49,884 nucleotides of DNA from Octopus bimaculoides (taxonomy: Eukaryota): contig NC_068982.1 of the NCBI RefSeq assembly GCF_001194135.2, positions 134,213,276-134,263,159 of the forward strand, written 5' to 3'. How positions within the stretch are numbered: position 1 is the first letter of the stretch; each line of letters starts with the position of its first letter. The position numbers were made by a program, and so were the translations under genes. Under the pieces are notes generated by a model, which saw only the letters and a program-made list of their open reading frames with translations, was not told the origin of the DNA and searched no databases. Positions 37,221 through 49,833 of the stretch are shown piece after piece.

Positions 37221-37574
37221 GCTTCAGAGAGGAGATGGTAAGGGACTAAGACTTCTGGCAGTTTGTTGTGCTTGAGGAGACACCAAGCTAAGTAAAATCA
37301 CTCAGCCAAGGGATCTTAGTCTCGTGGGCTAATAGGTGCTGGTGCCAGATAAAAGTACCCATGCTAATGTCATACAAAAGCATCTGTGCCACTGCAGCAC
37401 ATAAAAGTGCCTGTGCTGTTGTCATGTAAAAATATCTGTGCAAGTGCCACATAAAAGCACCCAGTACACTCTGTAAAGTGGTTGGCATTAGGAATGGCAT
37501 TAGCCATAGAAACCACGTTAAAACAGATAAATGAAACCTGAGCAGCTCTCCAGCTGACTAACTCTTGTTAAGCC

Positions 37575-38302
37575 TGTTTTGATTGTGTTGTTTAACAGTG
37601 AGGCAATGTTATCTGAGCAACAATAGCTGGTTTTGGCATTCATATATATTGTTTGTGGAATTTATATTACTAACTGGGAAATTTTATCTAGTAATGTTGG
37701 TTTTAACATTCTTATTTTATACTGGGTTAAAGCATATATGCCATGCCAGCATGGAGAACGGACATTAAAAGACAATGATGATGATGATGATGATGATGTG
37801 TATGTGTGTGTGTGTGTGTGTGTGCGCGCGCACATGTGTGTGGAGGCACAAGGCATATACATATGGATACATCATCATCATCATCATCATCGTTTAACGT
37901 CCACTTTCCATGCTAGCATGGGTTGGACGATTTGACTGAGGACTGGTGAACCAGATGGCTACACCAGGTTCCAATCTGATTTGGCAGAGTTTCTACAGCT
38001 GGATGCCCTTCCTAATATGTATTTTTTCAACAGTCTTTCCCATCCCCTTACAATACAGTATTACAAAACTGAAGTTTTAATGAAAAAATAGTTTATAAGA
38101 AGCTATCCTCATAAAATAGCAAGTCCAGAATGAAGAAATATATGCTTTAACCCAGTATATGATAAGAATGTAAAGACCAACATTACTAAATAAAATTTCC
38201 CAGTTAGTAATATAAATTTCACAAACAATATATATGAATGCTAAAACCAGCTATTGTTGCTAAGATAACATTGCCTCACTGTTAAACAACACAATCAAAA
38301 CA
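37575..38302. repeat. 165-bp inverted duplication (arms 37575-37739 and 38138-38302)
   Basis: Manual alignment gives 8 mismatches in 165 bp and no indels; the spacer contains converging RTE tails. Confidence 0.9.
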
Positions 38303-38690
38303 AATAACCAATGAAGTTCTACCCTTCCAGCATTTATTTCAACAGCCAAATTGCAACAACAGATTCACCCAGAAATTTTCTTATAATTAATTATGATTTT
38401 TATCTTAAGGCACAATATAACACCATATGTCAATATCAAGAAAATTTAAAGGGATGCACAAAGCATACCTTTAAGAGAAGATTTAACCAACACACATGCT
38501 CCTTTAGATCTAGAGATAGTATCAACATCACATCCCTATTACAAAATATCTAGAAACTGAAGGAGAGTAGAGTTAAAAACATCACTATACTAGCATGGAG
38601 TGAAAAAGGTAATACACACCAGTACACCAACAGAGCTAAAAGATGTCCATCATGTTTATTGGAAAAGATTTACACTTAACCCAAGATCAA
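38138..38690 (+). pseudogene. Second Penelope-like GIY-YIG fragment (different clade)
   Basis: GCTKHTFKRRFNQHTCSFR...SLLQNI*KLKE...RCPSCLLEK matches the 'GxTxxxFKxRxxxHxxSF...LSxxIWxLK...CxLCLxEK' pattern. Confidence 0.75.
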
Positions 38691-41136
38691 TGGTCATTGA
38701 ACAGACATGATAAAATTTTAAGAATTACAAACATTAGCAATTTTTTTAGTTATTCCCAAAAACTGATAAATAGATTGAAACTCATTAAGATTCAACAAGA
38801 ATGACTTCTTGACCACAGGAAAATGGTATTGCACCATCACAAAGAATAGACACTCAGTAACTGTCACCAATATAAACAAAGGTGCTCACACCAGTATCAA
38901 CTGACAATGGATCAGAGATGTCTCCTTCAACCATACTGGTTACTTTTCATTCACTTTAACACAGCTTGAATGATTCTCTTGCATAAAGCTCCACATAACT
39001 ATACACAAATAAACTATTATGAACACTAAGAATTACATTTCTAAACTCACACACAAGCACATACATGTATGTATACCAGCAAAAAAGTTTTAATGTTGAC
39101 AGGGACATTGAAGTTTCATCAGTGATTGACTCATCAGTCTTCAATTTCTAAATTGTAGATGCTGGCTGGTTATATGCTTGAGTGCAATGTAATCAACTTA
39201 CTTTCTCCCTTACAATTGCTGGCCTTGTACCAAAATTTGAAAGCAATATTTCTGACGTCTATAAGATAAAGCATAAGTCAAGTACCAGCAGTGGTGGCCC
39301 GTGTATAAGTACTGCGGAACTGCAGCACCCCCTATTTTCACTCAATATTATCGATAACATTCAATATAATGAGTCCTTTTTTTCTTTAATTCTTTCTTTA
39401 TACTTGTACATTATATAATCCTTAAGCTTAATGTCAGTAGCCATCCCCTAGTTTATGAAAAAAATACAAAAATCCTTGTATAGAACTGTGCGCTTCACAG
39501 TTCTAGCAATGAGGTGTTTGGTTGTTGTGTGCATGCTCACATGACCGAGACAGGAAGCTGCATGCTAGGGAGAGAGAGCACTGTGGTTTATACAGTGCTG
39601 ACCCTGGTGTGCTGGTAAAAGATAGTGTTTCTTTTTGACTCTGTGTGTGTTGTGCTTAAAAACATGCTTATATTCTTGAATGTGATAAAGTGTAGAATTA
39701 GATTATTATCCTGCTTCCAGTTACAATGTTGCTGCCAGGATTTGAAAAATAGGGCAGATTTTCCTCCCATATTTAGTGATTTAGGGGAGATTTTTGAAAA
39801 ACAAGGAAGAATTCATGGCAGTGTTCAGTGAACAAACTAAACACACTAGCCAGCAGTGGCTAAAATGCATACCGATCTAGTTTATGTATAAATTTTCTTT
39901 TTATATGGTTCTTCCCTTTTACGCAATGTTAAAACAACAGCTAAAACTTTTCTGAAGCAGCACCCCAACTAATTTTACTTACAAGCCGCCACTGAGTACC
40001 AGGGTCACTTTAATGAATTAACTCTTTCCTTTAAATTTCAGGCTTTGATAGAAACAACTTTTAGATGTAAAAAAGGATTACAATAGGAAAATAAACAATA
40101 AAAAATATATATGTAAAATAAACAATGGCATTTGAACATTGACAAAAGACAAGAAAAACAACTCTTTGCAAAGATTCCAGCATGAAAGTTATTGATAATA
40201 TGTGGACACTAATTAAGTATTGATTGGTGGCTGTCTAATGTTTGCCCTGTTTGTGATTGACTTTTACAAACTAAATCTTGATAGGTATTATTATTGAATG
40301 TTTTGGACAATAAGTAACTACAGGCAGTAGTCAAAAGTGAAGTTGTTTTCATTTGCCTCTACTTAAAACATTTTAGCTTGTTTCTTTTTAATCTCTTCAA
40401 CATTTTTTTCATTGGAGTCATAAAGAAACAGTATGCTTTGTGGTGTTTAATTACATCCCTTTATGTTCTGAGTTCAAATTTCATTGAACTTTACTTCTTA
40501 TTCTGCTCAAGAAAAATATTCTTAGATCTATCCTGGTTTCTATGACACATACGTGACTCAGATTATAATGCTCCCCACTAAACAAGAATCCAATCCATCG
40601 GGTTAACTTCCCAGCTATTGTTAGGACTCATTAAGAGTCAAGTCGACTGGAGCAGAATGAAACGAAGTGTTTTGCTCAAGAACACAACATGCCACCCAGT
40701 CTGAGAACCGAAACCACAATTGTAAGATCATGAGTGCAACACCTTCAATACTAGGCTATGTGCCTTCACCAAAGTAAATATAAATATCAGTTACATTCTG
40801 GAATCAATCCAATCCATAATATCACATCTCTCCTTGAAACCTTTGTCCCATCTGAAGGAATCATTTTCATTCATATTGTTTTCCATTAATCAATTATGTT
40901 GTTGCTGTGATCAATCCTACTCATGATCAAAGGGTTTCTAACATGGCCATCCCTAGTTTTTGTTTTTGTTAGAAACATTTATCTTTTTCGTTGTGATTTA
41001 GAAAAGATTTGAGTGATATTGCTAATAGGTCAAACAGCAATGTAGAGTTTTCACCTTTAGTTTGTATTACTTTTGTTGTCTATTGCATAGTGTGTTGGTA
41101 AATCATCACCATCATCAATTTAGCATCTATTTATAT

Positions 41137-41283
41137 AGGTGCAGGAGTGGCTGTGAAGTAAGTAGCTTGCTTACCAACCACATGGTTCCAGGTTTAGTCC
41201 CACTGCGTGGAAACTTGAGCAAGTGTCTTCTACTATAGCCTGGATTTGGTAGACGGAAACTTAAAGAAGCCCGTCCTATATAT
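41137..41283 (+). mobile_element. Family A SINE head running into an N gap
   Basis: AGGTGCAGGAGTGGCTGTG...GGATTTGGTAGACGGAAAC. Confidence 0.85.
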
Positions 41284-41383
41284 NNNNNNNNNNNNNNNNN
41301 NNNNNNNNNNNNNNNNNNNNNNNNNNNNNNNNNNNNNNNNNNNNNNNNNNNNNNNNNNNNNNNNNNNNNNNNNNNNNNNNNNN

Positions 41384-41415
<32 letters not shown>

Positions 41416-41699
41416 CATATATATATATTGTATGTATGTATGTATGTATATGGTATCTGTTCGAGAAAAAATGGTAATTTTACGCAATGTTATTGTTAAA
41501 GTCATACCTGATGTCGAGCAGACATATGGTGAAAGGTATTCCAACCGTGACTCACCCAACTTTTTCATATCAAGGACTACATTGACCAAGTCGTCCTTCC
41601 TTTTCAGACAGTCGGAGTGTGAATGGTGAAAAATTTGACTGCTATTTCAAGTGCATCGAACAACCAGGCAGAGGCTATGGTTAATTAGTACCACATAAA

Positions 41700-43300
41700 T
41701 GTGTATTTTAAAAAAAAAAACGGCAATTTAGAGATTTAAGAAAGTAACGACGTCCTATTCAGCTTTCTTCTCGATTGATCGTCACCATCACCACCTTTAC
41801 AAGTTAATAAATATTAGAAGAACGGAGGGCAGAAATCAAGAAATATGATGAACATTTCAGATAACATAAAATTAACAGTTATTTAATTTGGTCGTAATTA
41901 TTTCGATCGAAGATATAATTACGAGGATGAGTTATGTAAAGTTTGCCGTGTTTAGATAACAAGTGGTTGGTGAGGTATGTCAAAGTGGCAAGACGGAAGT
42001 TTAATCATATCAGATCAAGTTGGAAATACAGGTTAAATAAAATGATTAAAACTAGTTAAATCTACTTCCTAAGAAGATGTTGCTAATTAGATGTACATAT
42101 TGTTCATCATTTGTTTACCTGATAATATTTTCCCAACACGGAAATCACAATTTCACCTTTCCTTTTTTTTTTATCGCCTGTCGCCCAGACGATAATTACA
42201 AGACAAAGTAAAAAATGTTACCGTACAATATTTCGTATTTGATCAAGACGTTTAATTGATTTTCAGTCAAATATAATATTATCAATAATAAATTACTAAT
42301 AAAAAAGATAACTTTTATCGAAATTTTTATCACAACAATTTGATTTTTCCTAGTGTTTTTAGTCCATAGTGTTATAAACTTTACTGGGTCGACAACAGTT
42401 ATTTTGGTCAGATTAAATAAAAATCAAAACTTATTAATAATAAAAGTATGATTTGATTATAAAGTATATTCTATGGATTTATGATATACTTTAAAATTCT
42501 AAGTGTTGGTTGATTAATAAGAAAAAAGTACGAAATAATAAAGAAGCAGACTTACCTGTGTTATGTATCCGTGATCAGCAACTTCGATACAACGGTTGGG
42601 TTAAGACGTGTACACACTGCAAATATGCGAATGGGTCACAATAAACAAATCGTCTTCTTACTCCCTTATGACCGGAAGAGACGTGGACACACCTTATGAC
42701 TCACTTTAATTTGGCGAAGTTTTTATTTTCTTTAAGAACAATTAGATAATTGAACTTTCCGTGGAATTTAATTCATATACACGTTTATTTGTTGTGATTC
42801 TTTAAAATACTTTCCGTATTTATGTAATGGATTGGCTAGTTAGAAGATATAATTACTGTTTGAAATATCTGAATAGTATTTTTCTAATCTTGTAAAATTT
42901 CCGCTTAGCTACCAGGAAATGAATAGATAAAAAAATAATATTAGGTAGTGTTGAACTGATAATTTTTCAATAAGTAGGGTAAAGTTAACTCTTTCCCCAG
43001 AGGCGGGCTTTTAGCGCTAAAGTACGTCTGCCACTACGTATTTTCAGTGGGGAAATGACAAATGTCCAATAGTAAGTTAATCCGAATTTCCGACCCTTTA
43101 GATTTCAGTTTTTGGAATCGAATAATTAAAGCTTGTCCATTTACACCTTGTGGCTGACAAAATATTACAAACAGCGAGTTACACGACCATATATTCTAAA
43201 GCAGATTTTACTCTCAAAATGGAAAAGATAGAAATTCTAACGATTTTCGTTAAAATTACCGAAAAGATTAGAATATTAAAGACAAGAGAGATGACTCCAA
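41700..43300. promoter_or_regulatory. CpG-retaining putative promoter region
   Basis: 9 CpG in 42541-42720 versus 0 in the intronic stretch 14761-14940. ETS-like CCGGAAG at 42672-42678 and AP-1-like TGACTCA at 42697-42703. Free of recognisable SINE/RTE copies. Confidence 0.55.
42556..42700 (-). other. Probable non-coding first exon (5' UTR) of the FN3 gene; 5' boundary approximate
   Basis: Consensus donor CAG|GTAAGT at 42556/42555, no ATG in the exon, located in the CpG-rich block. Linkage to exon 2 across a ~19.6 kb intron is inferred, not shown. Confidence 0.55.
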
Positions 43301-44249
43301 CTGGTTTATAAAGTTACTTCTGAACCATTACTATATCTGTTGGATATCTATAGCAGACAGAGCAGGCAAAAGCCCTTCATACTGTTCTGTTGCTAGTTGT
43401 ACTCTGTTATCAACTTCAGTGTTTGTGTGAAATAATGACAGTTAAGTGTGTCGGTTACGAAAACAATTTAGCCCGTTAAGTAACTCTTATTCTTTTGATT
43501 AATAGTTCAACATTTATTTAAAGCCAAACAGCTCTGACCTTTAAAAACAAAAGATTTTGTTTAAAAATAAAGGAATGCACTCCTAGGTGTAAATGTGCGG
43601 TAAGAAGTTTGCTTCCCAAAAGCATGGTTCCAGGTTCAGTCCGACTGAACCCTGGGCCAATCGAAGTCTTGTGAGTGGATTTAGAAGACAGAAACTGAAA
43701 GACGCCGGGCATATATATATATATATATANNNNNNNNNNNNNNNNNNNNNNNNNNNNNNNNNNNNNNNNNNNNNNNNNNNNNNNNNNNNNNNNNNNNNNN
43801 NNNNNNNNNNNNNNNNNNNNNNNNNNNNNNNNNNNNNNNNNNNNNNNNNNNNNNNNNNNNNNNNNNNNNNNNNNNNNNNNNNNNNNNNNNNNNNNNNNNN
43901 NNNNNNNNNNNNNNNNNNNNNNNNNNNNNNNNNNNNNNNNNNNNNNNNNNNNNNNNNNNNNNNNNNNNNNNNNNNNNNNNNNNNNNNNNNNNNNNNNNNN
44001 NNNNNNNNNNNNNNNNNNNNNNNNNNNNNNNNNNNNNNNNNNNNNNNNNNNNNNNNNNNNNNNNNNNNNNNNNNNNNNNNNNNNNNNNNNNNNNNNNNNN
44101 NNNNNNNNNNNNNNNNNNNNNNNNNNNNNNNNNNNNNNNNNNNNNNNNNNNNNNNNNNNNNNNNNNNNNNNNNNNNNNNNNNNNNNNNNNNNNNNNNNNN
44201 NNNNNNNNNNNNNNNNNNNNNNNNNNNNNNNNNNNNNNNNNNNNNNNNA

Positions 44250-45052
44250 CGATCACGCTCAGATGGTGCTTTTTACGTGCCACCAGCATGGAAGCCAGAC
44301 AGCTGCTCTGGCAGTGATCCCGCTTGGATGGTGCTGTTAGCACTCCACTGGCACGAGTGCCAGTCATCAAATTTGGTTCAGTTTCGATTTCACTTGCCCC
44401 AACAGGTCTTTGCAAGCAGAGTTTAGTGTCCAATGAAGGAAAGGTATGCATAAGTGGGCTGGCTACACTCCTGGTAAAGGCTACGGATTATGGTCTCACT
44501 TATCTTGCTGGTTCTTCTCACGTACAGCATATTTCCAAAGGTCTCGGTCACTAGTCATTTCCTCGATGAGGCCTAATGTTCGAAGTTCGTGCTTCACCAC
44601 CTCGTCCCAGGTCTTCCTGGGTCTACCTCTTCCACAGGTACCCTCAACCGCTAGAGTGTGGCACTTTTTCACAGCTATCCTTATCCATTCTCGCCAAATG
44701 ACCATACCAGTGCAATCGTCTTTCTTGCACACCACAACTGATGCTTCTTAGGTCCAACTTTTCTCTCAAGATACTAACACTCTGTTGAGTATGCACACAT
44801 CAATCGGAGCATACTGGCGTCATTCCTTGTGAGCTTATGTATGTCCTCAGCAGTCACAACCCATGTTTCACTGCGATGTAACATGGCTGTTCGTACACAT
44901 GCATCATACAGTCTGCCTTTTACTCTGAGCGAGAGGCCCTTTGTCACCAGCAGAGGTAAGAGCTCTCTGAACTTTGCCCAGGCTATTCTTATTCTAGCAG
45001 CTACTCTTTCAGTGCACCCTCCCCCACTACTGACTTGGTCACCTAGGTAACG
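44250..45052 (-). mobile_element. 5'-truncated RTE LINE (ORF C-terminus + 3' UTR)
   Basis: YLGDQVSSGGG...LHRSETWVV and CGRGRPRKTWDEVVKHELRTLGL; homologous to 23870-24950. Confidence 0.9.
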
Positions 45053-45109
45053 TAAGCTATAATTGTTTATTACTGACAGCAAGTTGGTCATCTTCACTTA
45101 CAGGTATTA

Positions 45110-45459
45110 GCAGATAACAGCTAACCTTTGGCTGCTATTTGGACCCCATTGTGTCTACTACTCTGATTGGTTGGTATTGGTGCAATTTGCCTCTCACTCT
45201 GTCGTGCCAATATGCAGCGTATAACCAATCGGAGCCCCTAAATAAGATCACGTGAGACAGCCATTTTTCAACCCCGTTTGAGCCACCTGTTCATTACAAA
45301 AACCCAGCTACTCTTCGTCTCGAAGTCTTTGGTTCCAGACCTTCTAAGGTCTAGCCACTGACCACACAAGACACAGCCAGCAACAATGCCAATACCAACT
45401 AATCAGAGTAGTAGACACAATGGGGTCCAAATAGCGGCCAAAGGTTAGTTGTTATCTGC
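45110..45459. mobile_element. 350-bp MITE with 71-bp TIRs and TA flanks
   Basis: Arms 45110-45180 and 45389-45459 with 3 mismatches; TA at 45108-45109 and 45460-45461. Confidence 0.85.
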
Positions 45460-45617
45460 TATGTTCAAATGTATGCATATATGATAAAGGGGAGAGGAAT
45501 TTCACTAGAGTGTCCCGCTACAAAAGAAGCAAAATTTAAGTGCATGCATCCACCTCTCAGCTCTCTAATCACGCTTCTTTGGCAATGTCCTGCTACTTAC
45601 ATTATGATCTTTGAACT

Positions 45618-46284
45618 TCAAGGGTATGCCCTGGCATTTGCTACCATCTACATCTCTCTCTCTTCTTTTACTCGACCATCCCATGTTTATTCTGATCTCT
45701 GTCCCTTGTGAGTATGCCTGGCACTTTGCCACCATCATTATCCTGCTGTCTCCCACTCTCTCTCTCTTTCTCCTGCACTTCCCTCAGGTTGGCTAACCGT
45801 GTATCTCCTTTATGGCAGCACACCTGTTTCTGTCTTCATTCCTGATCTCTCCCCACTTCCTTGGCCGGGTAACCTTGTACCTTCTCTACAGCAAGACACC
45901 TGTTTCTGTTTCTGTCTCACTATAACCTTTCATCATCTGACACAAGATCACCTCCTCCAATGCCCCCTCCCTTCTCAAATGATCTTTGTCTTGCAAGTTA
46001 CTTGGTAACCCTGTCAGTGCAGGTGCCAGTTAAAAAGCATCCAGTCCACACTGTAAAGGGGATGATGTTTGAAAGGGCATCCTGTTGTAAGAACCTTGTC
46101 AAAACTGACCTCACCTGTGCATGTGCTACATGAAAAGCACTCAGTTCACTCTGCCGGGTGGTTGGCATTTGGAAGGGCATCCAGCTGTAAAAATCCTACC
46201 AAAACAGACACAGAAGTCAGGTGCAGGCTTCTGTCTGGCTGACTCCTGTCAAACTGTCCCACCCATGCCAGCATGGAAGGTAGA
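45618..46284 (+). mobile_element. Older RTE-type 3' region (second subfamily)
   Basis: Collinear with 32941-33635. Confidence 0.75.
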
Positions 46285-46744
46285 TGTTAAACAATGATGA
46301 TGCATTTGTATTTCTAAAATAACCACCCCAAGTTACAACAATATCTATTTTACCATTTCATATGCAGAATCTGGCAAACAAATATCAAAATGGAAAACAA
46401 AACTTACATTCATTTTTTCTGTCAAAACATGTTCCTCACCTCACCAACTAAAACAGGGGACCAAAACTTAACAGAACTAAATTAGCTCTTTTGATAACAA
46501 TCTACATTCAGATCACACCAGGTTTTCTCATACAAATTTCCTATTTTAAAATTATCTAAATTTCAATTAAAGTTTCATGTTAATTTGTGATCCAATCAAC
46601 AGCTTTGATAATGACAGTTATTTTACTAAATTTTTCATTACTTACAAACTTAACAGAAACATGGGCAATGTCTTCCAACAGAGGTGTAGTAACAAATGAG
46701 TTAAAAGTGATCCTACTACATCACCATCTGGTAAAGAGGTCTAA

Positions 46745-47539
46745 CCCTTTTCATACCATTCCACTTGAGACTGCCCTCTGGTTCTATGGCACAACCTCTC
46801 TGTTGCAAAGTGATCTAAGCTAAAAGTTTACCTCAAAATTCTGTGTTAATTTCATCATTATCATTATCATCATCATCATCATTTAACGTTCACTTTCCAT
46901 GTTAGTATGGGTTGGATGATTTGACTGGGGACTGGCGAACCAGATGGCTGCACCAGGCTCCAATCTGATCTGGCAGAGTTTCTACAGCTGGATGCCCTTC
47001 CTAATGCCAACCACTCTGAGAGTGTAGTGGATACTTTTTACGTGCCACCGGCATGAGGGCCAGTCTGGGGGTACTGGTAACGGCCACACTCAAATGGTGT
47101 TTTTACATGCCACCTGCACAGGAGTCAGTCCAATGTTTTGTTCACATGCCACCGGCACAAGTGCCAGTAAGGCGAAGCTGGAAACGATCACACTCAAATG
47201 GTGCTTTTTACGTGCCACAGGCACGGAAGCCAGACTGCTGCTCTGGCAGTGATCCCGCTCGGAGGGTGCTGTTAGCGCTCCACTGGCATGGGTGCCAGTC
47301 ATCGAATTTGGTTCAGTTTCAATCTCACTTGCTCCAACAGGTCTTCGCAAACTGAGTTTAGTGTCCAATGAAGGAAGGTTGGCATGGGTGCCAGTCATCA
47401 AATTTGGTTCAATTTCGATTGTGAGTTCCAAAAACCAACTTAATAATGACAAAATTATTTGATTAAACCATTCATTATTTTCAAAATTAGTTGATACCAA
47501 AACAATGTACTTTAAACAAATATATAGTAACAAAAGGGG
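46745..47539. mobile_element. Possible piggyBac-type MITE split by an RTE 3' UTR (46855-47418, minus strand)
   Basis: CTAA|CCCTTTT left end; AGTAACAAAAGGGG|TTAA right end like the MITE at 25304. The RTE insert itself is clear. Confidence 0.5.
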
Positions 47540-47594
47540 TTAAAGCTGATTTCATCAATCAAGGAACTAATAATAGAATTGGTTAGCATTTTCT

Positions 47595-47980
47595 TTTAAT
47601 TGTTTCAGTCATTTGACTGCGGCCATGCTGGAGTGACACCTTTAATCAAACAAATCAACCCCAGGACTTATTCTTTGTAAGCCTAGTATTTATTCTACTT
47701 GTTTCTTTTGCCAAATCATTAAGTTACAGGGACATAAACACTTCAGCATCAGTTGTCAAGCGATGATGGGGGGACAAACTCAGACACACAAATACATACA
47801 TATACATAAATATATATACGATGGACTTCTTTCAGCTTCATTTACTAAGTCCACTCACAAGGCTTTGGTTAGCCCGAGGCTATAGTAGAAGACATTTGCA
47901 CAAGGTACCATGTTATGGGATTGAATACGGAACCATGTGATTGGGAAGCAAGCTTCTTACCACACAGCCACCCCTGTGCC
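47595..47980 (-). mobile_element. Family A SINE (decayed)
   Basis: Reverse complement of the 21663-22063 family. Confidence 0.85.
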
Positions 47981-48562
47981 CTTTAATATTCTGATAAGAA
48001 AATACTGTCTCAAATCCGAGAGCTCATAGGGCCAGTTATCTGGTTTTCATGGCATATAAGTGACTGAGAACACAATATCCCCGCTGAATGGGACACCAGT
48101 CTCTCACAGGATTACTCATAACTGTGAACAATGTGAAATGAAGCGTTTTGCTCAAGAACACAATGCACCACCCATTCTGGGAATCAAAACCTTGGTCTTG
48201 CAGTTGTGGGTGCAACATCCTAATCACAAGGCCATGCACCTTTTAAACTTTACTTCTTTCCATCACTAGATCGTGGCCATGCTTGAGCAGTGCCTTGAAG
48301 AACTTTTAGTTGAATGAATCAATGCCAGTACTTATTTTTTTAAGACTAGTACTCTATTGGTCTCTTTTGCCAAACTGCTAGGTTACAGGAACGTAAGCAC
48401 ACCAACACCAGTTGTCAAGTGGTGGTGGGGCACAAACACAGACACAGAAATGTGCACACACACATGTGCTCACCTGCATGCACATGCACATGCATAAACA
48501 CTCTCACATGCACACACAAACACAAACACACATATACATACAACAGACTTCTTTCAGTTTCT

Positions 48563-48793
48563 TATTTCTTTATTGCCCACAAGGGGCTAAACATAGAGGG
48601 GACAAACAAGGACAGCCAAATGGATTAAGTCGATTACATCGACTCCAGTGCGTAACTGGTACTTAATTTATCAACTCTGAAAGGATGAAAGGCAAATTTG
48701 ACCTCGGCGGAATTTGAACTCAGAACGTAGTGGCAGACGAAATATGGCTAAGCATTTCGCCCGGCATGCTAACGTTTCTGCCAGCTCACCGCC
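48563..48793 (-). mobile_element. Full-length family B SINE nested inside a family A SINE (48262-48930, minus strand)
   Basis: 10-bp TSD TTCAGTTTCT at 48553-48562 and 48794-48803; tRNA-like head and AATAAAGAAATA tail. Confidence 0.9.
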
Positions 48794-49499
48794 TTCAGTT
48801 TCTGTCTATCAAATCCATTCACAAGACTTTGATCAGTCCATGGCACTTGCCCAAGTTGCCATGCAGTGAGACTGAATCCAGGGCCATGTGATTGAGAAGC
48901 AAGCTTCTTACCACACACCAAGGTGGTGCCTGTGCCTGTTCCTTTATTGATATTCTGATGAAGAACCAAAATCAGAATGAGGCATTGATACAGGAATTAA
49001 AGTTATTTCATGTCCCTTCACACTGCACTTGAGGAAAACAAAATATAGTAATGTTCAACCCCAGATCAGTCCTGTAGAGCAGAGGCACAATGAAAAGCAT
49101 ACCAACCGTGGCTACTTTCACTTTAATTTTTCAAGCTTACCATATCTCAGATTAACTCGTGCAATATCTCTTTATATTTTAAGATGTTAAGATTGGGGCT
49201 TGAGTGAGATTTGGATACGTTTACTAACAGAACAGGTAGACATTCAACAAATTAAAAGATATTGAAGATTAAAAGATTTCATGCAAGATATATAGGTTGC
49301 TATCTGTTCTAGAGGGCTTCCGTTGTCCAGCAAATATCAGCATATTTGAAATTTTACAATATATTACATGCACAGACACACACTTACATGTGACCTTGCT
49401 TTTATGCCAGTTTGATTTAAATCATTTGACAATAATGCTTTGCATTTGAGTGTGTGTGTTTCCAGGATGTGCTCTGTAAATAAGCAACATAATATGCAG

Positions 49500-49790
49500 T
49501 CATCATCATCATCATCGTTTAACGTCCGCTTTCCATGCTAGCATGGGTTGGACGATTTGACTGAGGACTGGTGAAACCGGATGGCAACACCAGGCTCCAA
49601 TCTGATTTGGCAGAGTTTCTACAGCTGGATGCCCTTCCTAACGCCAACCACTCAGAGAGTGTAGTGGGTGCTTTTACGTGTCACCCGCATGAAGGCCAGT
49701 CAGGCGGTACTGGCAACGGCCATGCTCAAAATGGTGTATTTTATGTGCCACCCGCACAAGAGCCAGTCCAGGGGCACTGGCAACGGCACA
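49500..49790 (-). mobile_element. RTE LINE 3' UTR fragment
   Basis: Reverse complement of the shared body with (CAT)n. Confidence 0.9.
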
Positions 49791-49833
49791 GTATAATTAT
49801 ATATTTATATAAATATCTATATCTATCTATCTT

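Noticed and set aside
38956-39144. 62-aa ORF considered as a signal-peptide exon of the FN3 gene
   Set aside because: No good splice sites, and it overlaps a hammerhead/pLTR remnant. The exon at 22848-22913 fits in phase and sequence.
48950-48980. CTGATGA motif (also at 16858, 23500 and within transposases)
   Set aside because: No stem II plus GAAA arrangement, so not hammerheads.
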